From contig CP066689.1 of the NCBI GenBank assembly GCA_016432445.1, forward strand, positions 120,001 to 152,000: DNA of 32,000 nt, given 5' to 3'. Positions 22,394-30,444 of this stretch are shown here, in pieces. Positions within the stretch are counted from its first letter, which is position 1. The number at the start of each line of letters is the position of its first letter. The stretch is from Candidatus Saccharimonadota bacterium (GTDB taxonomy: Bacteria; Patescibacteriota; Microgenomatia; UBA1406; GWC2-37-13). The notes under the pieces were generated by a model. The model searched no databases and was not told the DNA's origin. It worked only from the letters and a program-made list of their open reading frames with translations. Position numbers and translations under genes: made by a program.

Positions 22394-22395
22394 CT

Positions 22396-22701
22396 ATGGC
22401 AGAGTATCAACAGATAAAAAAGGAATTAAAGAATAAACAGAAACTCTTAGCTTGCGCAAGGCAGTTTGGGGTGGTAGGTGATGCTACCAGGCTTAAAATT
22501 TGTTACCTTCTATGTCATTATCCCGAAGTTTCTGTTGGTCAAATGGCAGAAATCCTGGATACTTCTATTTCTGTTGTTTCCCATAGCGTAAAAAAGCTTT
22601 TAGAACTTGAGCTTGTGACAAGGAGAAAAGAAGCACAAACTGTGTACTATTCTTTGACAACTAATGATTTTACTAAGACGCTTAAAAATTTTATCACATA
22701 A
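22396..22701 (+). CDS. ArsR/SmtB-family metal-responsive transcriptional repressor
   Basis: DATRLKICYLLCHYPEVSVGQMAEILDTSISVVSHSVKKLLELELVTRR is a winged HTH with Cys residues in the alpha3 region. The ATG at 22396 is preferred over the TTG at 22375, which lies inside the -10/operator. Confidence 0.85.
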   Translation: MAEYQQIKKELKNKQKLLACARQFGVVGDATRLKICYLLCHYPEVSVGQMAEILDTSISVVSHSVKKLLELELVTRRKEAQTVYYSLTTNDFTKTLKNFIT

Positions 22702-22703
22702 CT

Positions 22704-23339
22704 ATGAGGAAAGAAGAACAACAAAAACAAATTTCTAATTCAGCACTTAAATGGAGTGCGCTCTCGGCGCTTATCGCCTCTTTGTGTTGTATTGGGCCAT
22801 TAGTATTGGTTCTCTTTGGCATAGGCGGAGCCTCAACAGCATTAGCCATTGGCTACCGTAAGCCGTACTTTCTGCTTTTTGGCTTAGCAGTGCTTATTAT
22901 TGGATTAGTTTTCATCTATCGCAAAAGTTGTAGTACTACAAAATTAAGTAGGAAACAGCAAGTATTCATCTTCGGAGGTTCGTTTCTGGTTGCGGCATTA
23001 TTATATTACTTTTTGACCTATGTGGGAGTGCCGGCAGTTACCCCGCTGGTATATCAGTCCAGCAGCGCTTCAAACATATTAGCCTCCTTTTCAAATAACA
23101 GACCCAATAAAGCAACACTCAAAATAGAGGGAATGTCGTGTGCCTCATGTGCAGTAAGTGCACAATATAGCTTAAAAAGCCTTCCCGGTGTTGCTGACGC
23201 TTATATTGGCCTTACGAAAAACCTTGATGGTGAAGGTTGGATAGTCTATGAACCTGATCAGGTGACTAAAGAACAAATTATTAAGGCGATTGAACCATAT
23301 AAAGCAACGTTTACATCTGATAGCGTGTACACTCAATAA
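22704..23339 (+). CDS. Mercury transporter-like membrane protein (vicinal Cys in TM1) fused to a C-terminal heavy-metal-associated (MerP-like) domain
   Basis: LIASLCCIGPLVLVLFGIGG is a MerT/MerF-type CC motif, and three to four TM helices follow. The HMA domain is LKIEGMSCASCAVSAQYSLKSLPGV. Confidence 0.7.
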   Translation: MRKEEQQKQISNSALKWSALSALIASLCCIGPLVLVLFGIGGASTALAIGYRKPYFLLFGLAVLIIGLVFIYRKSCSTTKLSRKQQVFIFGGSFLVAALLYYFLTYVGVPAVTPLVYQSSSASNILASFSNNRPNKATLKIEGMSCASCAVSAQYSLKSLPGVADAYIGLTKNLDGEGWIVYEPDQVTKEQIIKAIEPYKATFTSDSVYTQ

Positions 23340-23353
23340 AGACGCAAAACATT

Positions 23354-23599
23354 ATGACTAAATTAACTATTGTTCATATTAAAGATTGCACATGCTGTGA
23401 AAGCGTAATCAAAATATCAAAGGAATTGGAGAAAGAAATGGATATTGAATTAAAACTGCAGAATTGGGATGAGTCTAAAGATTTGATTGAGAAAAACAAA
23501 ATTGTCTCTTCGCCGGCGATCTTTATCAATGATGAGTTCGTTCACGCCGGAGAGCTTAGTAAAGAGGAGTTAAAAGATTTAATTAAAAAACATGAATAA
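23354..23599 (+). CDS. Small thioredoxin-fold protein (Thioredoxin_3/glutaredoxin-like) with a CTCC motif
   Basis: LTIVHIKDCTCCESV...SSPAIFINDEFVHAGELSKEELKDLI has the layout of redox-active disulfide protein 2-type minimal thioredoxins. Confidence 0.55.
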   Translation: MTKLTIVHIKDCTCCESVIKISKELEKEMDIELKLQNWDESKDLIEKNKIVSSPAIFINDEFVHAGELSKEELKDLIKKHE

Positions 23600-23939
23600 A
23601 ACTCAAATTCAAATTTTATATTTCCCAGATTGCCCAATCTATAAAGAGCTTGAGAAACTTGTAAGAGAGGTTATCCGAGAACTTAGCATTAATGCGGACT
23701 TGGAATTAATCAATATTCAAACAAAAGAGGATGCCGAGAAGTATCACTTTACCGGTTCGCCCGGACTCCGCATTAACGGAAAAGACATTGACCCCCTGAC
23801 AGAAAATGCGCAGGTGGTTCTTAAGAGCTGCAAGATTTATCGCACTGAGGAAGGTATGAAAATGATTCCTACAAAAAAGATGATTCGAGAAGCTCTGAAG
23901 AAAGAGGAAATGGAAGGAAAAGAGTGTTGTAAAATATAA
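23592..23939 (+). CDS. Small thioredoxin-fold-like protein with a single CP motif and a C-terminal vicinal Cys pair (ECCKI)
   Basis: ILYFPDCPIYKEL...GSPGLRINGKDI is Trx-like, with a further Cys in LKSCKIY and a C-terminal CC. It overlaps the previous gene by 8 nt. Confidence 0.45.
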   Translation: MNKTQIQILYFPDCPIYKELEKLVREVIRELSINADLELINIQTKEDAEKYHFTGSPGLRINGKDIDPLTENAQVVLKSCKIYRTEEGMKMIPTKKMIREALKKEEMEGKECCKI

Positions 23940-23942
23940 AGT

Positions 23943-25376
23943 ATGGAAGAGTATGACTTGATCATTATAGGTGGTGGGGCAGGAGCGTTTGCTGCGGCTA
24001 TTAAGGCTAATGAGTTGGGGGCTAAAACCTTAATGGTAAATTATGGCCTGCCTTTGGGTGGTACTTGCGTGAATGTCGGTTGTATTCCATCTAAAAACTT
24101 ACTTAAAGCTGGCGAAGTGCTGTATTACAGCCAGCATCATAATTTCAGTGGTATCAAACTAAGGGTTGATGAATTTGATTTTGGCAAAACCGTTCAAGAG
24201 GAACTGGATGTGGTGGCGATGATGAGAAAGGAAAAATATGAGGACGTCTTAAAGAATTTGCAAAACGTTACTTTTATTGAAGGTAGAGCAAAGTTTACCT
24301 CACCCACAGAAATTGAAGTAAACAACCCCTCCTTCGCCGAGGCTCCAGCGGGCAAGCAAAAATATCAAGGTAAGAAGTTTGTTATTGCTACCGGTTCAAC
24401 TGCTAATGTTCCTCCTGTAGAAGGCCTTAAAGAAGCGGGGTACTTAACTCATATTGAGGCTTTAGCCGGAAAGATTCAGCCGAAATCTTTAATCATCATA
24501 GGAGCCGGGCCATTAGGGCTTGAGTTTGCCCAAATGTTTCATCATTTTGGAACTAAAGTTATAGTTTTACAAAGAGGTAATACTATTCTTCCAAGAGTTG
24601 AACCGGAAATTGCTTCAGCCTTACAAAAGTACTTATCCGATGAAGGAATTGAACTTTATACAGAAGCTGAAACACTGTCGGTTCGTAAAGTCGGTTTAGA
24701 AAAGATAGTTAAGGCTAAGATAAACGGAGTTGAACAGGAGTTTAGAGCAGAGGAGATACTTTTAGCGTCAGGCAAGACCGCTAATACTAAAGATTTAAAC
24801 TTACAGGTAGCGGGAGTAGGGATTGACGAGAGACAAGCTATCAAAGTCAATGAGTCCCAAAAGACCTCCCAAGACCATATTTTTGCTGTTGGGGATGTAA
24901 CAAACCAAAAGCTAAGGCTTGAGACAATAGCTGGTAGAGAAGGAACTTTAGCCGCCAAAAATGTCTTTACCGGCAGTCGCGACAGTATCAACTACCGGCA
25001 GGTTCCCTACGCTGTCTTTACTTATCCGGCCGTGGCAAGTATAGGGATGACTGATGCGGAAGTTATTGAAAGCGGCGGCAGGTGTAGTTGCAAAACTATT
25101 GACTTTTCCAAAGTTCCCAAGGCAGGTGCCATCAAAGATACCAGAGGAGTTATTAAAATGGTGATAAATAACGAAAATAGAAAAATTTTAGGTATCCATA
25201 TGGTAGCGCCGGAGGCAGCAGATATTATCAACCAGGGAATTTACATCTTAAAAGGAGGCATGACAGTTGATGATGTGATAGACAGTTTGCCTGTCTTTCC
25301 AACCCTTTCAGAAAGCATAAAAATCGCCGCTTTGTCATTTACTACTGATATCAATAAACTTAGCTGTTGTGTGTAA
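23943..25376 (+). CDS. merA: Mercuric reductase, core enzyme without the NmerA domain
   Basis: FAD motif IIIGGGAGAFAAA, redox-active GGTCVNVGCIPSK, NADPH motif IIGAGPLGLEFA, and the MerA-diagnostic C-terminal vicinal cysteines (KLSCCV-stop). Confidence 0.9.
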   Translation: MEEYDLIIIGGGAGAFAAAIKANELGAKTLMVNYGLPLGGTCVNVGCIPSKNLLKAGEVLYYSQHHNFSGIKLRVDEFDFGKTVQEELDVVAMMRKEKYEDVLKNLQNVTFIEGRAKFTSPTEIEVNNPSFAEAPAGKQKYQGKKFVIATGSTANVPPVEGLKEAGYLTHIEALAGKIQPKSLIIIGAGPLGLEFAQMFHHFGTKVIVLQRGNTILPRVEPEIASALQKYLSDEGIELYTEAETLSVRKVGLEKIVKAKINGVEQEFRAEEILLASGKTANTKDLNLQVAGVGIDERQAIKVNESQKTSQDHIFAVGDVTNQKLRLETIAGREGTLAAKNVFTGSRDSINYRQVPYAVFTYPAVASIGMTDAEVIESGGRCSCKTIDFSKVPKAGAIKDTRGVIKMVINNENRKILGIHMVAPEAADIINQGIYILKGGMTVDDVIDSLPVFPTLSESIKIAALSFTTDINKLSCCV

Positions 25377-25424
25377 AATTTTAGGCCCGTTTGTGCTAAA
25401 ATAAGATAACTCTGTAAATACAAT

Positions 25425-25907
25425 ATGAAAACAATTTTCTGTGACTTTCTTGATAGTGTAGACAAAAACGGAACGGTTACACTCAAACCGCTGGGAAAAG
25501 CAAAAAATAATGTTACTAAACCAACACTACCTGGCTGGAAGGATGTTATAACAGAGATTGTAATAGATAAAACATATACAAAAGGCTTAGATGGGATTGA
25601 GGATTATTCTCATGTAATTATTGTCTACTGGATGGACAAAGAAAAAGAATGCCATCTTAAGCACCATCCGCAAGGTAAAGAAAACATTCCATTTATCGGG
25701 ATTTTTGCCTGTCGTTGTCCCCAAAGACCAAATCGTATCGCCATCTCAACAGTCAAACTGCTTTCTCGATCAGGAAATAAGATAAAAGTCAAAGGCTTGG
25801 ATATTGTTAATGGTACGTCCATTGTTGATATTAAACCCTATACTCCTGAATATGATGAGATTAAGAAAGCTAAAGTTCCAGACTGGATCGACAAGTTAAT
25901 TTTTTAA
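25425..25907 (+). CDS. TsaA/TrmO (YaeB, UPF0066) family protein
   Basis: Motifs SHVIIVYWMD, FACRCPQRPNRIAISTVKLL and GLDIVNGTSIVDIKPY. Confidence 0.75.
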   Translation: MKTIFCDFLDSVDKNGTVTLKPLGKAKNNVTKPTLPGWKDVITEIVIDKTYTKGLDGIEDYSHVIIVYWMDKEKECHLKHHPQGKENIPFIGIFACRCPQRPNRIAISTVKLLSRSGNKIKVKGLDIVNGTSIVDIKPYTPEYDEIKKAKVPDWIDKLIF

Positions 25908-25937
25908 TCTTCTTTTTGATTTTGGTACACTAAAATA

Positions 25938-26810
25938 GTGAGTAAGAAAAAAATTTTCATAATTATTTGTATTGTCTTGCTTGTATTTATAGGATTTTTT
26001 GGTTTTAAGTTTTTTTCAACTACCAAAACTGCAAATGTAAAAATAAGTGGAGTTTTATTAGGTAACCAGATTTGGAGCGAGGAAATTATTATTACTGGTG
26101 ATACCGAAATTATCGGTAATTTAACTGTTTTACCCAGTACTATCGTTAAATTTGTTGTTGGTGATGATCGCGGCATGGGTGATGAGGTAGAGAAAGATGG
26201 TTTTAATGATAATGATCCGACACGACTTAAATCATATACAAAAACTCATTCTTCTCTTTTCATCCTGGGAAAATTAATAGCGCAAGGAAGAAAAGATAAA
26301 AAGATTATTTTTACCTCAAGTGCAGAAAAACCTTATCTAGCTGATTGGGAAGCAATAGTCTGGCAAGGTGACGGGAGTATCATAGATAATGTTATTGTGG
26401 AATTTACTCGCAACGGACTTAATCCCATAGGTAAACAGCCAAACAGTGTTATTCAAAATAGTATATCTCGCCATTCAATGTGGGGTGCAATATCTGCTGC
26501 AAATTCAAATATTAAAATCATAAACAATATTTTATCTGATGCGGGGCATGAAGGGATTGATCTCAAATCGAAAGGTAATCAAGAAGTTATCGGTAATGTT
26601 ATCGATGACTGTCACACGGGTATCGCTTCTATGGCTGGATCGCAACTTATTAAAAATAATACAATTACAAATTGTGGAGATGGCGTTTATATTGATTCCA
26701 AATCAAGCGCCATATCAGTCGGCAATATTTTTGCGTCCGCCCCAGAAGATAGCAAGCGCGAATGGCGCTACGGTAATTATGTTATCCCAATCTTTGGCTA
26801 TCCTAAATAA
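25938..26810 (+). CDS. Membrane-anchored right-handed parallel beta-helix (PbH1 repeat, NosD-like) protein
   Basis: GTG start and an N-terminal TM helix. Repeated N-x-I motifs (IIDNVIVEF, VIQNSISRH, IINNILSDAGHEGIDL, VIGNVIDDCHTGI, IKNNTITNCGDGVYI) follow. Confidence 0.7.
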   Translation: MSKKKIFIIICIVLLVFIGFFGFKFFSTTKTANVKISGVLLGNQIWSEEIIITGDTEIIGNLTVLPSTIVKFVVGDDRGMGDEVEKDGFNDNDPTRLKSYTKTHSSLFILGKLIAQGRKDKKIIFTSSAEKPYLADWEAIVWQGDGSIIDNVIVEFTRNGLNPIGKQPNSVIQNSISRHSMWGAISAANSNIKIINNILSDAGHEGIDLKSKGNQEVIGNVIDDCHTGIASMAGSQLIKNNTITNCGDGVYIDSKSSAISVGNIFASAPEDSKREWRYGNYVIPIFGYPK

Positions 26811-26861
26811 ATACTAAATATATCGTAAAAACTGTTAAAGAATAACTTATCTAAGGAGGCG

Positions 26862-27626
26862 TTATCGGCAATAATCACTTTCTTTACCGCTTCCAGAGTC
26901 TGAGGAGGGGAGGGACAAAACTTTAGCCCTATCTTCAGTTGGAATCCAATCAAACCAGCAAACAGCATAACTCTCAATCTCATAATTATGATTAGCGGCC
27001 CAAGTAGGATTTTTTGAAGCTTCATTTTTTTGCCGATAATCATAAACTCCCCAATCAACAAATGTATTTAATCCTCCAAAAACCTCCGGACCTCCGCTGT
27101 TTAAACCAACTGCCGTTGCAATTATCTCCCCTTGTTTTACTTTTATTGAGGGGTAAACTTCTGTTGTTCTGGAGTCTAATCCTTTAGGCATGGGGAATTT
27201 TTCGGCAATCGCCTGGAATTTTGGCGAAAGAGTAAGTAAATGTCCAAAACGATAGCGAATTCCACAAGGATGAGCAAAATCAAAAGTATACTGAATTTCG
27301 CCGTTTACAGGATAACGAGCTCCGGCAATAACTTCCGCATCATAAGGAGCAATTACTTGAATTTCATCAGGACGGGATTTGTCAAAGCGAAATCCTCCAT
27401 GAGGCTTGTAGTTTCCTCCTCTTTTTTGTCCGGGATAAAGGATTGATGTTACTCTGCTCATATCTATCGGTAGTTTAAAAATAAATGGTTCTGGACATGT
27501 TTCATATGAATTAGTGAGTCTATTAATAACAGAAGCTGGCGGCAAGACTTTTTCCGGATCGCGGATTATCGCGGCAATTAAGAATATTACAAATGCAATT
27601 AAGACAAAAGCTAAAACTTTTCTCAC
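26862..27626 (-). CDS. Secreted hypothetical protein (254 aa)
   Basis: Signal/anchor MRKVLAFVLIAFVIFLIAAI. I recognise no family; HGGFRFD and HPCGIRYRFGH hint at a metal site. Confidence 0.5.
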   Translation of the reverse strand: MRKVLAFVLIAFVIFLIAAIIRDPEKVLPPASVINRLTNSYETCPEPFIFKLPIDMSRVTSILYPGQKRGGNYKPHGGFRFDKSRPDEIQVIAPYDAEVIAGARYPVNGEIQYTFDFAHPCGIRYRFGHLLTLSPKFQAIAEKFPMPKGLDSRTTEVYPSIKVKQGEIIATAVGLNSGGPEVFGGLNTFVDWGVYDYRQKNEASKNPTWAANHNYEIESYAVCWFDWIPTEDRAKVLSLPSSDSGSGKESDYCR

Positions 27627-27710
27627 AATTAAACTGTATCATATTTTCAAGATTACGCTAATATTGTGTTATATCTTTCGTATGTGATAAGAACTGCTAT
27701 AATTTTTTCT

Positions 27711-27911
27711 ATGCTTCTTAAAAATAAAATTGTTCTAATTACAGGTGCTTCAAGCGGGATATATAAAGCCACGGCGCTGTTTTTTGCTAAAGAAGGCGTA
27801 ACAATATGTTTTAAAGTAAGGTTGCTTTATTGCGGTTTTATTACACTTCTATTATCTCCTTTTAATTATTCTTCTATACTATGTAATATCTATGTCAGGA
27901 TACGTCATTAA
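27711..27911 (+). pseudogene. Remnant of a short-chain dehydrogenase/reductase gene (N-terminal ~35 aa only)
   Basis: MLLKNKIVLITGASSGIYKATALFFAKEGV is the SDR Rossmann start (TGxxxGIG degraded to GIY). Similarity stops around 27800, after which the frame runs into low-complexity sequence overlapping the cupin gene. Confidence 0.5.
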
Positions 27912-28272
27912 CATTGAGGAAAAAACAAAACAGAATGAATATTTTCGTGAAGTATTATTTACTGCATCTTGCAGTCAGCTTGTGGTTATGAGTCTTAATC
28001 CAAAAGAGGAGATTGGAGAAGAAATTCATACTGTTGATCAGTTTTTACGCATTGAATCAGGAAGGGGTAAGGCCGTGCTGGATGGGGAAGAGTTTGATAT
28101 TAAAGATGGCAGCGCCATCGTAGTTCCTGCAGGTGTAAAGCACAATTTCATAAATACATCCGATACTGAAAAACTGAAACTTTATACGATTTATTCTCCG
28201 CCAGAACACAAAGACAAAACAGTTCATAGGACAAAAGAAGACGCAATAAAAGATGAAGAAAATCATCTTTGA
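27892..28272 (+). CDS. Cupin-domain protein
   Basis: Motifs GEEIHTVDQFLRIESGRG and IVVPAGVKHNFINTS (cupin motifs 1 and 2). Confidence 0.8.
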   Translation: MSGYVINIEEKTKQNEYFREVLFTASCSQLVVMSLNPKEEIGEEIHTVDQFLRIESGRGKAVLDGEEFDIKDGSAIVVPAGVKHNFINTSDTEKLKLYTIYSPPEHKDKTVHRTKEDAIKDEENHL

Positions 28273-28315
28273 ACACACTCTATAAATATTATATAAAATA
28301 AGGAAGGTGATAGTT

Positions 28316-28444
28316 ATGATGGGATATTTTGGAAACATGATGGCAGGCTGGGGACTATTCGGATTAATAACTTGGATTGCTTTAATGTTTTTCCTGGTCT
28401 TGGGCAGCATGTATTTTTGGAAGGAAATAAGCAGAAAAAAATAA
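28316..28444 (+). CDS. Unannotated 42-aa single-pass membrane protein
   Basis: Hand translation gives MMGYFGNMMAGWGLFGLITWIALMFFLVLGSMYFWKEISRKK. AAGGAAGGTGA at 28300-28310 serves as an SD 5 nt upstream of the ATG at 28316. Confidence 0.4.
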   Translation: MMGYFGNMMAGWGLFGLITWIALMFFLVLGSMYFWKEISRKK

Positions 28445-28508
28445 GGATTACTCCTAAAAGTGTGAGGTCAATCATTTTCCGTGAACTGTGGCATTTAGGG
28501 GGAAAGTA

Positions 28509-28517
28509 TGGTATAAT
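28509..28517 (+). promoter_or_regulatory. Extended -10 promoter TGGTATAAT giving a ~90-nt leader for the DEAD-box helicase gene
   Basis: The same TATGGTATAAT string occurs at 21448-21458. No convincing -35 is present. Confidence 0.35.
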
Positions 28518-28610
28518 GGAGTCAATTGTTTTAATAGATTCTGTAGTCTACATTAATATTCATCTGCGGGCTCTATTCTACAATCCATTTTAAGTTTTAT
28601 TATTCATTCT

Positions 28611-29798
28611 ATGTATAGAAGATCATATAGTGGAAGTTTTAATCGACCAAAAAATCATTTTAGAAAATTCTCTTTTCAAAAAAGAGGAGTAACGTCTAAA
28701 ATTCATGTATCCCAATACATTAAAAAAGCGCAAGTTAATAGCACCCAAGAAACTCAAGCTTCAACACGATCTTTTTCCAATCTTCAGATTGAGACAATTT
28801 TGAAAAATAATCTTTCCAGGCGAGGATTTACCAATTTGACTGCAATTCAAGAAAAAACGATTGATCACATTTTAGAAGGAAAAGATGTCGTTGGAATTGC
28901 TAATACCGGAACTGGAAAAACAGCCGCTTTTTTAATACCCTTGCTTAACAAAATTACAAAAAATAGAAGTAATAAAATAATAATTATTGTTCCGACCCGG
29001 GAATTAGCAATGCAAATAAGAGATGAAATGAGGGCTTTTTCCCAATCAATGAACATATATTCGACGCTGTGTATTGGCGGAGATAATATCAGAAATCAGA
29101 TATACGATTTAAGAAGAAATCCAAATTTTGTGATAGGTACCCCCGGAAGGCTTAAAGATTTAATTGAAAGGAAATGTCTTTGGTTAGATCAATACGGTAC
29201 AGTAGTACTGGATGAAGTAGACAGGATGCTTGATATGGGTTTTATTCATGATATAAAGTATCTTATTGCTTTACTCCCCAAAAATAGGCAAACTCTCTTT
29301 TTTTCAGCTACGCTTTCTCAGGAAATTAATACTTTAATGCAATCATTTTTAAATAATCCGGTGAGTATTTCTGTTAAAGTACAAGATACTGCTCACAATG
29401 TTGAACAAGATATCGTCCGCATACATCCCGGCGCTCAAAAAATGGATACGTTGGAGACTTTACTTAAAAAAGATGACTTTAAAAAAGTATTAATTTTTGG
29501 AAGAACAAAACATGGAGTTGAACGATTATCAACAAATCTCTATAAAAAAGGTTTTAAAGTCGCATCCATTCATGGAGATAAACCTCAATCTAAACGGACT
29601 CAAGCAATAAGACTCTTTAAAGAAGATGTGGTAAATATTCTTGTTGCCACAGATGTGGCCTCCCGTGGAATTGACATTACTGATATTACTCACGTCATAA
29701 ACTACGATCAACCGGCCACCTACGATGACTATATTCATCGAATCGGCCGAACTGGAAGAGCTAATAAAAAAGGCGTCGCCCTAACTTTCATAGATTAA
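28611..29798 (+). CDS. DEAD-box ATP-dependent RNA helicase (DEVD variant) with a basic N-terminal extension
   Basis: Q motif (GFTNLTAIQEKTI), motif I (ANTGTGKT), Ia (PTRELA), II (VLDEVDRML), III (SAT), V (ATDVASRGIDI) and VI (HRIGRTGR). Confidence 0.9.
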   Translation: MYRRSYSGSFNRPKNHFRKFSFQKRGVTSKIHVSQYIKKAQVNSTQETQASTRSFSNLQIETILKNNLSRRGFTNLTAIQEKTIDHILEGKDVVGIANTGTGKTAAFLIPLLNKITKNRSNKIIIIVPTRELAMQIRDEMRAFSQSMNIYSTLCIGGDNIRNQIYDLRRNPNFVIGTPGRLKDLIERKCLWLDQYGTVVLDEVDRMLDMGFIHDIKYLIALLPKNRQTLFFSATLSQEINTLMQSFLNNPVSISVKVQDTAHNVEQDIVRIHPGAQKMDTLETLLKKDDFKKVLIFGRTKHGVERLSTNLYKKGFKVASIHGDKPQSKRTQAIRLFKEDVVNILVATDVASRGIDITDITHVINYDQPATYDDYIHRIGRTGRANKKGVALTFID

Positions 29799-29896
29799 AA
29801 TCTATCACGTAACTCTTACTTTATTTTTATCTTCATCATACATGGAACACGTATACTCTTGATAAGTTAAAGTATTGAAAGGAGGTGAAAAAGATA

Positions 29897-30019
29897 ATGG
29901 CATTTTGGGGTATAGGAAAATCTAAAAGAGGACTGGCTTCAGCCGATGAGGAAACCAGGAGAAGAGTAGCCAGAAAAGGCGGTAGAGCCTCACACGGGGG
30001 CGGTAGAAAAAGTATCTAA
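29897..30019 (+). CDS. Unannotated 40-aa KGG-repeat (YciG-like general stress) protein
   Basis: Hand translation gives MAFWGIGKSKRGLASADEETRRRVARKGGRASHGGGRKSI. A strong SD (AAAGGAGGTGA) lies 7 nt upstream and a terminator follows. Confidence 0.6.
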   Translation: MAFWGIGKSKRGLASADEETRRRVARKGGRASHGGGRKSI

Positions 30020-30029
30020 AAGTAATGAT

Positions 30030-30068
30030 ACTAGCGCTCATATTTAACTTGGGCGCTAGTTTTCTGTT
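30030..30068 (+). terminator. Rho-independent terminator
   Basis: An 8-bp stem ACTAGCGC (30030-30037) / GCGCTAGT (30053-30060) with a 15-nt loop, followed by TTTTCTGTT. Confidence 0.55.
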
Positions 30069-30078
30069 ACATCAAAAC

Positions 30079-30107
30079 TTGACAAGGAAATAATTATTTT
30101 ACATACT
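30079..30107 (+). promoter_or_regulatory. Candidate promoter TTGACA-N17-CATACT, 7 nt before the ATG at 30115
   Basis: A perfect -35 with canonical spacing and no SD before the start codon. Confidence 0.45.
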
Positions 30108-30114
30108 TTTATTT

Positions 30115-30444
30115 ATGGAAAACATGGCTCAAGTTCCCTCATCTACTTCAGCTCAAGTAGTAACCGCTAATTCTTCACCAAGATCCCATAAAATATTTAT
30201 TTTTCTTGGAATCTTTTTATTTATATTACTGCTTATTATTGGTGGCGGTGTAGTTTATATAATGACTTTAAAAAAGAATAATTCTTCTCCATCTATAATA
30301 AATACATCTTCATTATCTCCAACTGCAGTCCCTACACCAACAACATTACTTAAAGAAGAATACAAAAATCCATTTGAGGAAAAAAACCAGTATCAGAATC
30401 CTTTTGAAACATCAGAAAATCCATTTGATGCTTTAAGCCAATGA
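30115..30444 (+). CDS. Single-pass membrane protein with three C-terminal NPF motifs
   Basis: TM helix IFIFLGIFLFILLLIIGGGVVYI, an S/T/P linker, then KNPFEE, QNPFET and ENPFDA. The stop overlaps the next ATG as ATGA. Confidence 0.55.
   Translation: MENMAQVPSSTSAQVVTANSSPRSHKIFIFLGIFLFILLLIIGGGVVYIMTLKKNNSSPSIINTSSLSPTAVPTPTTLLKEEYKNPFEEKNQYQNPFETSENPFDALSQ

Noticed and set aside
22375-22395. TTG start for the ArsR gene
   Set aside because: The TTG lies inside the operator, directly after the -10, and would add MNNRSNT. The ATG at 22396 gives a typical ArsR N-terminus.
24656-25486. Three minus-strand ORFs (111, 69 and 81 aa) within or after merA
   Set aside because: They are antisense to the strongly supported merA and show Ser/Leu/Ile-rich shadow-frame composition.
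25625-27446. Overlapping ORFs 25625..25822(-), 25904..26176(-), 26539..26817(+), 26798..27061(-) and 27240..27446(+)
   Set aside because: Each lies inside or antisense to a better-supported gene (TrmO-like, beta-helix protein, 254-aa secreted protein) and has no motifs.
28057-28593. ORFs 28057..28410(-) and 28372..28593(+)
   Set aside because: The first is antisense to the cupin gene and to the small SD-preceded membrane ORF. The second spans the promoter and leader of the helicase gene and has no SD.
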